This document shows, piece by piece, positions 1 to 10,536 of a stretch of 64,000 nucleotides of DNA. The translations under genes and the position numbers were made by a program. Origin of the DNA: an uncultured Alphaproteobacteria bacterium (GTDB lineage Bacteria; Pseudomonadota; Alphaproteobacteria; Rhizobiales; Aestuariivirgaceae); assembly GCA_963810045.1 (NCBI GenBank), contig CAWELV010000013.1, positions 74,939 through 138,938 of the forward strand. Reading direction: 5' to 3'. The notes beneath the pieces were generated by a model. It worked only from the letters and a program-made list of their open reading frames with translations, did no database searches and was not told the DNA's origin. Each line of letters begins with the position of its first letter. Positions within the stretch are counted from its first letter, which is position 1.

Positions 1-214
1 TGTCTCCTTCGAGCTGGTGCCGCAGGGCGACGAGGTGCTGCTCACCCTGATCCATCGCCGCCTGCCCGACCGCGCAACCCTGCTGATGGTCAGCGCCGGC
101 TGGCACATGCACCTCGATATCCTGGTCGCCCGCGCGACGGGCAAGGAGCCGGCGCCCTTCTGGGATGGCTGGAGCCGCCTGCAGAAGGAATACGACCAGC
201 GGCTGCCCGCCTGA
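1..214 (+). CDS. SRPBCC/AHSA1 (START-like) domain protein, 5'-truncated by window edge
   Basis: C-terminal VSFELVPQGDEVLLTLIH...GWHMHLDIL pattern typical of AHSA1/SRPBCC. Confidence 0.75.
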   Translation, partial: VSFELVPQGDEVLLTLIHRRLPDRATLLMVSAGWHMHLDILVARATGKEPAPFWDGWSRLQKEYDQRLPA

Positions 215-266
215 CGCTGGGCAATTAGCGAGAAGCAAGCATTCACCTCCAACTCGGAGAATGGAC

Positions 267-638
267 ATGACTGCAAAATTTCAGGGTGGCAAAAACATCG
301 CGATGAAGGTCCCGCCACATCAGCATGACGCGACCGTCCGGTTCTACCGCGATCTATTGGGCCTTGAACAGATCGGGGGGCCTGCGGGAGATGCTATCGG
401 CTTTAAGTTCGGCAAAAATAATCTCTGGATCGACAAAGTCCCGGGGATGAGTCAGGCCGAGTTGTGGCTGGAAATCGTCACCGATGACACCGCCAGGGCT
501 GCAAAGCTTTTCGCCGATGCTGGAATCGCCCGATGCGACGAAATCGAGGAGCTTGGAAGCGACTTTGATGGGTTTTGGATTTCCAGCCCGGCCGCGATCA
601 TCCACCTCGTCGATGCGAAGGATGGTTCCTGGGCGTAG
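267..638 (+). CDS. VOC/glyoxalase-like protein
   Basis: NIAMKVP...TVRFYRDLLGL...FGKNNLWID...FWISSPAAIIHLV; GGAG RBS at 256-259. Confidence 0.7.
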   Translation: MTAKFQGGKNIAMKVPPHQHDATVRFYRDLLGLEQIGGPAGDAIGFKFGKNNLWIDKVPGMSQAELWLEIVTDDTARAAKLFADAGIARCDEIEELGSDFDGFWISSPAAIIHLVDAKDGSWA

Positions 639-679
639 AGCAATAGTTCGATAGGTAGTCCACCAAACAGGAGATAGCC

Positions 680-1159
680 ATGAAAGATCAAAACTTCACC
701 ACTGTTTTTACGGTAAACCAAACGCCGGACGAAGCCTTCACTGCCATCACGAATGTTCGCGGATGGTGGTCGGAAGAAATTGAAGGCAGCACCGACAAGC
801 TCGGTGCGGAATTCAAGTATCACTTCCGGGATATCCATCGTTGCAAGCTGAAGATAACAGAATTAGTTCCCGGCAAAAAAGTCGTTTGGCGTGTCCTGGA
901 CAACTACTTCAATTTCACCAAGGACAAGAGCGAGTGGAAGGGCACGGACATTATTTTTGATATCTCCAAGAAGGGCGACAAAACCGAAGTCCGCTTCACT
1001 CACCAAGGCCTGGTTCCCGAATATGAGTGCTACGACGCCTGTTCAGACGGATGGAGCACTTACATCAAAGGCAGTTTGAAGGACTTGATTACGAAAGGCA
1101 AAGGGCAGCCCAACGTTGGGGAACCCATGACCGATCATGAGCGGGAACTTGTTCTTTAA
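680..1159 (+). CDS. SRPBCC/AHSA1 domain protein
   Basis: PDEAFTAITNVRGWW...ELVPGKKVVW...TEVRFTHQGL...CSDGW; GGAG RBS. Confidence 0.85.
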   Translation: MKDQNFTTVFTVNQTPDEAFTAITNVRGWWSEEIEGSTDKLGAEFKYHFRDIHRCKLKITELVPGKKVVWRVLDNYFNFTKDKSEWKGTDIIFDISKKGDKTEVRFTHQGLVPEYECYDACSDGWSTYIKGSLKDLITKGKGQPNVGEPMTDHERELVL

Positions 1160-1384
1160 ATAATTCTCGCGGTTGCGCCTGCCGCCCCAACCGGGCGGAG
1201 GGCCCCCAATCAGATAGATCCCGGCGTCGGATGCAGACGCAACAGGCCATTGAAACCCGCCCACGTCCACTTGGAGAGCAAAATGCTTACAGCGACACGC
1301 AAGAACATGGTCATGATCGGTGGCAGCCACCGCATCGACAAAATGCTCAACGGGGTACTCAAGGCCCTTGGAAGAGCAGATAAA

Positions 1385-2153
1385 GTGATAGGGCGAACCG
1401 CGAAAATCACATTGGCCCTGCCAATCATCGCAATCAGTCTCATTGGCATCTCAGTTCGTCCAGGCCAGGCGACTGAGACGACTATCGAGCAGATGCCGGC
1501 CAAACTCGAAACTCAGTTTGCACTCAGCGCATTGCCTCCGGCTTTGCGGGACCAGGCAACCGTTTATCTTCTTGATCCCAAGACGGGCTATCAACTTTCC
1601 CGGCAGGGAACGAGTGGTGTGACCTGTCTTGTAGAGCGCACCGTCTGGGAACTGGCGCGACTTCCGCAACGACATTTATATTCCTCTCTGCTACGATGCC
1701 GTGGGCACAAGGACTTACTTAAAAGTCATTATGGACACGGCGAGGCTTCGCGCCCAGGGAATGAGCCCTGCTGCGTTGAAAGCTGAAGTTGAAAATCGTT
1801 ACAAGAACAAGACCTATAAAGCTCCGGAAAAGTCAGGTTTGTCTTATATGGTCGCGCCGGTTTTTCGCACAGTGGGGCCTCCTGACATGAAGGTTCATAC
1901 CATGCCCATGCCGCATGTGATGTTCTACGCTCCGAACATCACGAACGAAGACATTGGAGCATTTCCAAATCTCGGCATTCATTCCAGTCTTCTTTATCCG
2001 TTCATAGATAAACAGGGAATCGCTGAGCAAAGCTACATGATCCAACTCATCGGAGAGGCAGAGAAGGCCAAGATCCTGGCTGACGAGAAGACTCTTCTCG
2101 ATGATCTCTGCGCTTATCGCGATGTTCTTTGCCTGCCGAACACGGAGCACTGA
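1385..2153 (+). CDS. Hypothetical exported protein (one frameshift near 1658)
   Basis: Signal-peptide-like N-terminus; ORFs 1250-1786 and 1701-2153 join (ALSALPPALR...TCLVER...PLCYDAVG...HVMFYAP); start uncertain. Confidence 0.6.
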
Positions 2154-2200
2154 CCTGCGTTCCGCGACGTCCCTGCCGTAAATCACGCGACAATGAATTG

Positions 2201-2219
2201 TGCTTGCATCGTGCAAGCA
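2201..2219. promoter_or_regulatory. Perfect inverted repeat TGCTTGCA-N3-TGCAAGCA, probable repressor operator
   Basis: 8-bp perfect arms immediately upstream of the RBS of the DHFR-like gene. Confidence 0.5.
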
Positions 2220-2233
2220 AGATGGAGATTGAC

Positions 2234-2834
2234 ATGCGGAAGTTGATTACTGGAATGAAGCTTTCCCTCGATGGGAAGATCGAGGGCTCGGAGGGCTACG
2301 CGGATTGGGTCGAAGCGTGGTCGGAGGACTACGGCCTGATGCCGCAAGTGGACGCCTGCGTGCTTGGGGGCGGCATGTATCCCGGCTACGAGCGGTATTG
2401 GACAGCGATACAGAACGAGCCCAACTACGCCCGTCTGGATCACCGGCAGCGCGCCGACGCCGGCTGAGGTCGAATGGGCCCGCTTTGCCGCGCAGACCCC
2501 GCATTATGTGCTGTCGAACACCCTGACTTCGGCGCTCTGGCCGAAAACAAGTTTCGTCCGGGGACTCGAAGAGATCGCTGCCCTCAAGCAGCGGCCCGGC
2601 AAGGACATTTATCTCATGGGTGGGGCTCGCATTACGGCGAGCCTTATCGATGCCGGGCTGGTAGATGAACTCCGGCTTATCGTTTATCCTCTGATCGCCG
2701 GTGAAGGGAAGGCGCTATTTGCGACGGCAGAACGTCGTCGTGGACTTGAACTCCGGAAGGTTGAGCAGCTCGCAGATGGGCGGATGAGCATGATCTACGG
2801 CGTTGACTCTTTTTCCGAGCCTCGATCGTCTTAG
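2234..2834 (+). CDS. Dihydrofolate reductase-like (RibD C-terminal domain) protein (frameshift near 2425)
   Basis: MRKLITGMKLSLDG... and KDIYLMGGARITASLIDAGLVDELRLIVYPLIAGEG motifs in two overlapping frames. Confidence 0.85.
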
Positions 2835-2861
2835 CTGCAGCTAGACACTGGAGTAGAACTG

Positions 2862-3621
2862 ATGAGCCTCAAAGATAAGAATGTCGTCGTCACCGGCGGA
2901 AGCCGTGGCCTTGGCCTGGGACTGGTCGAAGCCCTGGTGGCGCATGGCGCCAGGGTTACGGTCGTCGCCCGCGAGAGCGATGCGCTCGAATCCGTCCGCG
3001 CCCGGTTGGGCGTCGCCACGATTGCCGCCGACGTGACGGACGAGACCGCCGCCCACCGCATCCTTGCCGAGGTCCGCCCGGACATCCTGGTGCTGAACGC
3101 CGGCGCAAAGCCGCCGATGGGCCGCTTGGACCAGCTGAGCTGGGCGGATTTCACCGCGACGTGGGAGACCGACGTCAAGGCCGGGCTCTATTGGCTGCAG
3201 GCGGCGCTCAACCTGCCGCTCAAGCCGGGAAGCCGCGTCCTGGTGGGATCGAGCGGCGCGGCCCAGAACGGGTCGCCGCTCTCGGGCGGCTATGGCGGCG
3301 CCAAGCGCATGCTCTGGTTCATGGCCAAGTATGCCAACGGCGTTTCGGAGCAGAAGGACCTCGGGATCCGTTTCCAGGCGATCGTGCCGCGGCAGATGGT
3401 CGGCGGCACCGGCGTGGGCGACGCGGGCGCCAACGCCTACGCGCGCGTTCATGGGCATCGCGCCCGAAGAGTTCGTGGTCCGCTTCGGCGCGCCGATGCC
3501 GCCCCGGGAGTTCGGCGAGAAAGTTGTTTCCGTGCTGGAGGACCCGCAATATGCCGAAGGCCTGGCCTTCGGGCTCAAGGGCGACACGGGAATCACGATC
3601 CTCGAGGGAGCGGCGGCTTGA
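2862..3621 (+). CDS. SDR family oxidoreductase (frameshift near 3445)
   Basis: VVVTGGSRGLG Rossmann motif, LNAG, YGGAK (YxxxK); C-terminus in ORF 3292-3621. Confidence 0.85.
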
Positions 3622-4573
3622 GCGCAGGACCGCCCTCCTCGAACCACGACCGGCAGGCGCGGCTCCTCGCCCTTGCCGCTGAAGTGCGGCCCGAGCTGCA
3701 CCGCTATTGCGCGCGTCTCATGGGATCGGTCATCGACGGCGAGGACGTCGTGCAGGATACGCTGCTGCGGGCTCTCGTGGCGTTGCAGGACCTGGAGGAG
3801 ACGCCGCCGCTTCGACCCTGGCTGTTCCGGGTCGCCCATAACCGCGCCCTCGACCTGCTGCGCGGCCGGGCGGTGCGGAAGGCTGAACCGATAGACGCGG
3901 CCTCGGATATCGCCGACCAGGCCAGCCCTGATCCCGTGGAGATGCTGATGCGCAGGGAAGCCGTCAAGACCGCAGTGTCGCGCTTTGCGGAGCTCCCCAT
4001 CCTCCAGCGCAGCGTCGTCATCCTGAAGGACGTGCTCGACGAGTCGCTGGCAGAGATCGCCGCCCTCCTCGATCTCACGGTCGACGCCGTGAAAGGCCAT
4101 CTGGCGCGGGGGCGCGCGCGTCTTCGGGAGATCAATGCGCAAGGCGGCCCGCTTCCAGGCGCGCGGCCCGCGTCCGCTGCGGTGGCGCGCTATGTCGCGC
4201 TCTTCAACCAGCGGGACTGGGACGGCCTGCGGGCGCTGCTGGCGGACGACGTGAAACTCAGTCAGTCCGCGCATTCGCTTCGCGTCGGCCGCGCGGAAGT
4301 CGGTTTGTTCTTCACCATCTACGGCCAGAGCGATGATGTGTGGCTCGCTCCAGCCTGGCTTGAGGGCCGGGAGGTGATCGCGGTCTTCGAAGACCGCGCC
4401 GATCCAAGCCCAGCTACATGATGTGGCTTGAGTGGCGCGACGGCCGGATCAGTTTCATCCGCGATTACCGCTATGTCCGCTATGTCGTCGCCGACGCAGA
4501 GCTTGCGCTGGCGCCGGAGTTTGATCTACGGAATTGTTTAACGGAACAAAGTGGACACGGAGACACAGAATGA
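3618..4573 (+). CDS. ECF sigma-70 factor with SnoaL-like C-terminal extension (frameshift near 4410)
   Basis: RPELHRYCARLMGSVIDGEDVVQD (region 2), WLFRVAHN, VKGHLARGR (region 4), YVALFNQRDWDGLRALLADDV; TTG start overlaps the SDR stop and its TGA overlaps the MFS ATG. Confidence 0.85.
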
Positions 4574-5787
4574 CCAATTCTTCTTATCGCTGGGTGATTG
4601 TCGCTGCCGGTGGCCTGTTGGGCTGCATCGCGATAGGCGCCATGTTTTCATTGCCGGTTTTTCTTCTGCCCATCTCACGCGATACCGGCTGGTCCGTCAC
4701 CGGCGTGTCGAGCGCCATGACCATCGGATTTCTTTCCATGGCATTCGCGAGCATCGCCTGGGGCAGCCTGTCGGACCGTCTGGGGGCCCGCTTGATTGCG
4801 CTGATCGGGTCAGCGATCCTGGCTGCAAGTTTGTTTCTGGCGAGCCAGGCAACATCGCTTCTCGCATTCCAGCTCATCTTCGGCCTGGCTGTCGGAGGTG
4901 CGGTCGCCGCAATCTTTGCGCCGCTGATGGCCTGCGTGACAGGCTGGTTCGACACGCATCGCAGCCTGGCCGTTTCACTGGTATCCGCCGGCATGGGAAT
5001 GGCGCCGCTCACCATGTCTCCCTTGGCGGCATGGCTCGTCTCCATCTATGATTGGAGAACATCGCTGCAAATCATCGCCGTACTTGTTGCCGTCGTGATG
5101 ATCCCGGTGGCGTTGCTGGTGCGCCCTCCACCGGCTCTGGCAGCTGAGAATGCCGCTGACTCCTCGGATGACGAGCCGCAATCCGCCATGTCCTTGCAGC
5201 AGGTCATCCGGTCGCCGCAATTCATCATCCTGCTGCTGACGAATTTCTTTTGCTGTGCGACGCACTCCGGCCCGATTTTTCATACGGTGAGCTACGCCAT
5301 AAGCTGCGGCATTCCGTTGATTGCCGCAGTTTCGATCTACAGCGTGGAAGGGCTGGCGGGCATGGGCGGCCGTGTCGCCTTCGGCATCCTTGGAGACCGG
5401 TTCGGAGCCAAGCACGTTCTGGTCGCAGGGCTGCTGCTCCAGGCCTTCGGTGCACTCGCCTATTTCTTCGTCCGTGACCTTGGCGCGTTTTACGCCGTGG
5501 CGGCGTTGTTTGGCTTTATCTATGCCGGCGTGATGCCCCTCTACGCCGTCTTGGCGCGTGAGAATTTTCCGCTGCGGATGATGGGAACCGTCATCGGCGG
5601 AACCGCAATGGCCGGCGGTTTGGGCATGGCAACCGGCCCCTTGACTGGAGGATTGATCTTCGACACCTTCGCCAGCTACGGGTGGCTCTTTATCGGCTCC
5701 TTTGGCATTGGCATCGGCGCCTTCCTGATCGCAATGACCTTCAAGCCCTTCCCAAAGCCACAGCCTGCGCTGGCGCCAGCTCAATGA
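4570..5787 (+). CDS. MFS transporter
   Basis: About 12 hydrophobic segments; GSLSDRLGAR and GILGDRFGAK MFS motif A. Confidence 0.9.
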   Translation: MTNSSYRWVIVAAGGLLGCIAIGAMFSLPVFLLPISRDTGWSVTGVSSAMTIGFLSMAFASIAWGSLSDRLGARLIALIGSAILAASLFLASQATSLLAFQLIFGLAVGGAVAAIFAPLMACVTGWFDTHRSLAVSLVSAGMGMAPLTMSPLAAWLVSIYDWRTSLQIIAVLVAVVMIPVALLVRPPPALAAENAADSSDDEPQSAMSLQQVIRSPQFIILLLTNFFCCATHSGPIFHTVSYAISCGIPLIAAVSIYSVEGLAGMGGRVAFGILGDRFGAKHVLVAGLLLQAFGALAYFFVRDLGAFYAVAALFGFIYAGVMPLYAVLARENFPLRMMGTVIGGTAMAGGLGMATGPLTGGLIFDTFASYGWLFIGSFGIGIGAFLIAMTFKPFPKPQPALAPAQ

Positions 5788-5804
5788 TCATTGACTGACC
5801 CTGG

Positions 5805-7252
5805 TCATCGAAAGGGCGGCGGCGCTGCCTTGACATTGCATGATGGGCCCGGGCTTTCATGGTGTGTTGCGCGAACTCGGCGGCTTCCAATCGCGGTGGC
5901 GAGTGCCATGACGATCAAAACGCCTGCGACTGCGAAGGTGATCCGCATGCCGGTCGCAACAGCTTCGGGACTCGCTGCGGTGATATCGGTTGCCTCTGAT
6001 GCGAGCGCGAACACGGCGCCCATAAGGGATGCGCCGGTGATGAGCCCGAGATTGCGCGACAGGTTGAGCAAGCCGGAAATGACGCCCCGCTGGTCCGGGC
6101 GGACATCCATCATGACGGCGGTGTTGTTGGCGGCCTGGAACAGCGCATAACCGGGGGTCAAGACGGCGATGGCGACGATGTAGCCCGCGATGCCGAACAT
6201 CGTGGGAAGCACGGATAGTGCAATTGAACCAGCCGCCATTGCGATGAGTCCAATGATGACCATGAATGGCGCGCCCAAGCGGTCGACAATGCGGCCGGCC
6301 AGGACACCGCTCAGTGCGGAGATGATTGGGCCAATCGACATGACGAGTCCGACAAGAGCTGCGTCGAGCTGGAGTGCGCGGGAGAGGTAGAATGGCCCGA
6401 CCACCAGGGTTGCCATCATCACCGTCGCAACGAGCGTGCTGATGATGAGGCTTGCGCTTAAGCCCGGGTCGCGGAACATCGCCAAGTGGATCAAAGGTGA
6501 TGCGGCTCTCCTCTCGGCGAATACGAAGAGACCAACTCCAAAGACAGCGATGAGCAGCAAGGCCAGGTTGAGCGGACCGAAACTGCCGCGCCCGGTCGTC
6601 ATGGCGAGCGCATAGGCGCCGAGCGTCAGAGCCAGCAGCAGCGTGCCTACGATGTCGAAGTTCCGCTCGATCCGTCTTCGGACTTCTGGAATCAACGGGC
6701 AGATGACGATAGGCGAGAAGGAAAGCCAGAAGGCCCAGCGGAACGTTGACGAGAAAGATCGCCTGCCAGCCGAGTGTGGCGATCAGAACGCCGCCGAGCG
6801 ATGGACCAAGTGCGGTGCCAATGGCGGACATGGTTCCGAGCAGCCCCATGGCGCTGCCGATCCTGGCCTTCGGAACCGTCTCGCCGACAAAGGCCATGGT
6901 GAGGGCCATCATGGTGGCCGCTCCGAGGCCCTGCGCCGCGCGGGCGGCAATCAGCAACCAGAGCGTGGGCGCAACGCCACACAGGATTGAGGCCACCGTG
7001 AACAGGGCGATCCCCGCCAACAGCAATCGTCGGCGGCCAATGATGTCACCGAGCCGGCCAACGCTGACAATCAGGGTGGTGATGGCGAGAAGATAGGCGA
7101 GGACGATCCATTGAACGTCCTGGAAGGAGGCATCGAAGGCCTGCGCCAGCGTCGGCAAGGCGACGTTGGCGATGCTGGTGCCCAGCGATGACAGCAGCAT
7201 GGAGAGCGAAAGGCCGGCAAGCGCCCAGCGGACCGAAGGTCGTCCATGGCAT
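5805..7252 (-). CDS. MFS drug:H+ antiporter (DHA2/EmrB-like); frameshifts near 6670 and at the 5' end
   Basis: TSIANVALPTL, GRLGDIIGRRR, ARAAQGLG, WQAIFLVNVPLG; second half in ORF 5805-6695; start uncertain. Confidence 0.85.
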
Positions 7253-7370
7253 CGATCGGTAACTCCTTGAATTGACTACCCCTATCTAGTCTCATTGCCT
7301 GATATGGCGGTAGGCGCACTATTTGCACTTTATTCGTGCGTTTAACGCCATATCATAGTATAGTCGCCCA

Positions 7371-8270
7371 ATGTCGAGACCGGATCTCAACCTGCTTGTC
7401 ACGCTGGATGTCCTGCTGGCGGAAGGCAGTGTGGCGCGCGCCGCCCAACGGCTGCGGCTGAGCCCGTCGGCGATGAGCCGGGCGCTGGCCCGGTTGCGGG
7501 AAACGACGGGCGATCCTCTGTTGGTCAGGGCCGGGCGCGGCCTGGTTCCCACCCCCCGGGCGCTCGAACTCCGCGCGCGGGTCGGCCGCCTCGTTGAGGA
7601 TGCGGAAGCGGTTCTCCGTCCCGCCGAGATGCTCAACCTCAGCAAGCTCGTCCGCACATTCACGCTGCGGACCAGCGAAGGCTTTGTGGAGACCTTCGGG
7701 CCGGATCTCATTTCGCGCGTCGGCGTGGAGGCTCCCGGCGTTCGGCTGCGCTTCGTGCTGAAACCGGATAAGGATAGTGCTGCGCTTCGCGACGGAACAG
7801 TCGATCTGGAAACCGGCGCAGTGGGGCGGACGACGGGTCCGGAGTTACGGGCTGTGGGCTTGTTCCGCGACCGTTTCATTGGCGTCGTGCGTGCGGGTCA
7901 CGCGCTCAGCCAGGGTGAGATCACCCCTGCTCGCTATGCGGCGGGCCAACACATCGGCGTCTCGCGGCGGGGTCTCGACAAGGGACCAGTCGATGAAGCC
8001 CTGGTGCCGTTCGGGCTGGAACGGGAGATTGTCATGATCGTAAGCGGTTTTTCGAGCGCGCTGGCACTGGCCCGGGCCTCCGACCTGATCGCCTGCGTTC
8101 CCGAACGGCACACCGCAGCCTCGCGCGCCGGCATGCATAGTTTTCCGCTGCCGGTCTCCCCGCCGGAGGTCACGGTTTCACTGCTCTGGCACCCGCGGCT
8201 CGATGCCGATCCGGCCCATCGCTGGCTGCGCGGGTGCGTTCGGGAGGTTTGCGCGGAACGCGTGGCTTAG
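7371..8270 (+). CDS. LysR family transcriptional regulator
   Basis: DLNLLVTLDVLLAEGSVARAAQRLRLSPSAMSRALARLR HTH; divergent from the MFS gene. Confidence 0.93.
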   Translation: MSRPDLNLLVTLDVLLAEGSVARAAQRLRLSPSAMSRALARLRETTGDPLLVRAGRGLVPTPRALELRARVGRLVEDAEAVLRPAEMLNLSKLVRTFTLRTSEGFVETFGPDLISRVGVEAPGVRLRFVLKPDKDSAALRDGTVDLETGAVGRTTGPELRAVGLFRDRFIGVVRAGHALSQGEITPARYAAGQHIGVSRRGLDKGPVDEALVPFGLEREIVMIVSGFSSALALARASDLIACVPERHTAASRAGMHSFPLPVSPPEVTVSLLWHPRLDADPAHRWLRGCVREVCAERVA

Positions 8271-8401
8271 GGCTGAATTGCCGCCACTATCAGTGCTTTC
8301 GACGGTTACCGGCCCCTTGGCGACAATCTTTTTCTTGACTCAATGGCTTCCTAGCGTTTCACTGGGAACTATGGAGGTCACCGGTAACTATGGAGGACGT
8401 C

Positions 8402-8839
8402 ATGTTTTTTCACAAAACTAGACTGCTTGCGACAGTTTTTGCGCTGACCACCACCGCCTTGACAATCGGGACTGCTTCCGCCAACGGCGAGCGCCAGAAT
8501 CAGGATAATTATTGCGTCGAAGGGGACAATTGCACAGCCCAGTACGCCGGAATTATCCAAACGGAACGCGATGGGGTGAATTATTTCTATGGCAGCAGCG
8601 ACAAGACCTTCGGTTACACCAAGTACCAGGTCTTGCGGATCGACTACACCGACCACACCCCCTCTGCCGCTCCTGATGAATTCATGCAACCAGATGAAAT
8701 CATACAATATGTTCCTAACGGACATTCCTTCCGGCCCTGGCATCATAAACTGAAACGGGGACATAAGAAGGATATGTTGGGATTCATCCCGAAACATTTC
8801 GGCAAGTCTCAGTTTCGCCACAGGAATAAGGTTCATTAG
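8402..8839 (+). CDS. Hypothetical exported protein
   Basis: GGAGG RBS, signal peptide ending ASA, Cys pair, His/Lys-rich C-terminal tail. Confidence 0.6.
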   Translation: MFFHKTRLLATVFALTTTALTIGTASANGERQNQDNYCVEGDNCTAQYAGIIQTERDGVNYFYGSSDKTFGYTKYQVLRIDYTDHTPSAAPDEFMQPDEIIQYVPNGHSFRPWHHKLKRGHKKDMLGFIPKHFGKSQFRHRNKVH

Positions 8840-8925
8840 CCAGCGGCCCCTTGAGTATTCATGTCGGGTTCATTTGGGTAACGCTACGGCCGTCGTAAGC
8901 GAATTACTTCGGCGAGAATTCTTAT

Positions 8926-9156
8926 ATGACACCTGATGACCGGAACGACGAACAGCCTGCAAGCCTTTCCCTGTCGCAGGTTTATGAACTCATTGCCCTG
9001 GAGCAGATTGAGATGGACAGGCGCGTGGCCGAAAGGCGTGGGCTATCCGCTGGCCCAGTGGGCGATGCTTCAAATGTCGTTTATTTAAAAGCCCGCACTA
9101 CTAAAGCGCGTGAAATCAAGCGGGAACTCTTTCCTCGCCGCCGGTCTGCCGGGTAA
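8926..9156 (+). CDS. Small hypothetical protein
   Basis: 76-aa ORF with an NVVYL motif common in small alphaproteobacterial proteins. Confidence 0.4.
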   Translation: MTPDDRNDEQPASLSLSQVYELIALEQIEMDRRVAERRGLSAGPVGDASNVVYLKARTTKAREIKRELFPRRRSAG

Positions 9157-9207
9157 AGGCCACAGAGTTCCCTACCCTCCAGACGCCAACAACGAACGAG
9201 CGCAGCA

Positions 9208-9453
9208 ATGTACCGGTCATGGATCAACCTGATGATGCTCGCGGCAGAATCCCAGCAGGTCATCTGGCTGCGAATGATGCGGCTTGCCGCAGGCGGTGCC
9301 AAGGCCCAGAGCGAAGCCCACCGGATGGTTCATGAAAAAGTTTTCGCAGCGGGCCGGGAAAGCGGGCGCATGGCTTTGGGAGCCTCAGGCGACAGCGTGG
9401 TCAGGGGATACCGGAAAAAGGTGAAAGCCAATGTGCGCCGCCTCTCACGCTAG
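9208..9453 (+). CDS. Conserved small helical hypothetical protein
   Basis: AAESQQVIWLRMMRLAAGG...EAHRMVHEKV...YRKKVKANVRRLS, a pattern familiar from Rhizobiales small proteins. Confidence 0.7.
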   Translation: MYRSWINLMMLAAESQQVIWLRMMRLAAGGAKAQSEAHRMVHEKVFAAGRESGRMALGASGDSVVRGYRKKVKANVRRLSR

Positions 9454-9516
9454 AGATTGACGGTCACCTGGCTACGGCCAACCACAAGAATTCTTTCCGC
9501 GTCGTTGCCCGCACTT

Positions 9517-9967
9517 TCAGATTCTAAGGACGATATTTCGTATCCCGCTTCGGGCGGTGAAGTGATGATATTTGCCGCCGCATTTTACGGTCCGGATATT
9601 GCGGTAGCCTGCATAACGAATGACACGGCGGGCATCGCTGCAAAGCAGCGCGCGGTAGATCCGGCGATTTGGCTCGCCTGGCAAAAGCAGGGAGCGGTGA
9701 GGAGGTGCCAGACCGGTCATTCAGGTCGCGCGGCAAAATCAAATTCCTGGCGGGCTTTCCCAACGGATTATTTTTGCTGCCTGGTTCTGGGGGCCTCGCA
9801 AACAATTGCCGGGGCTTGCAACTGGCATCGTACAAATCGCAGCGGTTGGTCGCCGGATTTGTTCTTGGCCCCGGATCAAACAGTGATGCGGCCATGGCCG
9901 GTGCCAGCAGGAATAAGATTGCGAACGTCAATACAGCAAAATATTTGAACACCCTGCCTTTTATCAT
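9517..9967 (-). CDS. Hypothetical exported Pro/Arg-rich protein (probable frameshift near 9700)
   Basis: Signal peptide (PAMAA) in ORF 9524-9985; C-terminal CSDARRVIRYAGYRNIRTVKCGGKYHHFTAR module in ORF 9517-9720. Confidence 0.5.
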
Positions 9968-9986
9968 CTTTCGCGGTCCGTCCAAA

Positions 9987-10018
9987 ACGGAACATCGGCA
10001 ATTGCCGAAAAGTTCCGT
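9987..10018. promoter_or_regulatory. Palindromic EcfG-like promoter element
   Basis: ACGGAAC-A-TCGGCAATTGCCGA-AAA-GTTCCGT; reads GGAAC-N17-TGTT on minus and GGAAC-N17-AGTT on plus. Confidence 0.45.
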
Positions 10019-10028
10019 GCGCCGCCCA

Positions 10029-10064
10029 TATAAAAGGCCCCGCCACTTTTCAGCAGCAGAGCCT
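10029..10064 (-). terminator. Rho-independent terminator of the DUF1127 gene
   Basis: 13-bp stem (with G-U pairs), GAAA loop and U-rich tail on the minus strand. Confidence 0.65.
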
Positions 10065-10110
10065 CAGGAGATTAGCAGAAGACGTGAGAATTGCAGCTCG
10101 CGCCCTGCGG

Positions 10111-10369
10111 TCATTCTGACAGGCCTACATGGCGGCGGCGGAAGGCGCGTTCCTCCAGGGCTATGGCGGCATTCACCGTCAGCGGCAGGCCGGCGGCCCA
10201 TTGCACTTCGTCACGGGTTACACCGATATCGCGCAGCATGTAGTCATCAAAATTGGAAAGGGCTGCAATCCGGCGCTTGGCCTTCCAGTTCCGCGCGGCG
10301 CGGCGCAGGAACGGAAACGATCCCATATTCGCCCCGGGAAAGGGCTTGGTTCAATACATAGTCTCTCAT
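10111..10369 (-). CDS. DUF1127 (YjiS-like) small protein (frameshift near 10322)
   Basis: RNWKAKRRIAALSNFDDYMLRDIGVTRDEV is the DUF1127 signature; GGAGG RBS before MRDYVL. Confidence 0.85.
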
Positions 10370-10536
10370 GGCACAATCCTCCAGAACCCCAGGAAATTCA
10401 TTTTTCCTGGGCAAAGCCACCCGAAAGCGGCTTAAAATCACGTTTGTGATGGTCTCAATATAAAGATTTCTATTGATTAGTCCAACGAATGTATCTTATA
10501 TTATCCATCATTAACGTTGATGATACGAGATAAGCC

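Noticed and set aside
1225-1385. Possible IS110 transposase remnant (KPAHVH..MLTATRK..IDKMLNGVLKALG)
   Set aside because: The resemblance is short and vague, with no catalytic motif or element ends; it would need BLASTX.
2862-4421. Apparent SDR-sigma factor fusion (519-aa ORF)
   Set aside because: Created by an indel near 3445; the true SDR C-terminus is in ORF 3292-3621 and ends at a TTGA overlap with the sigma gene.
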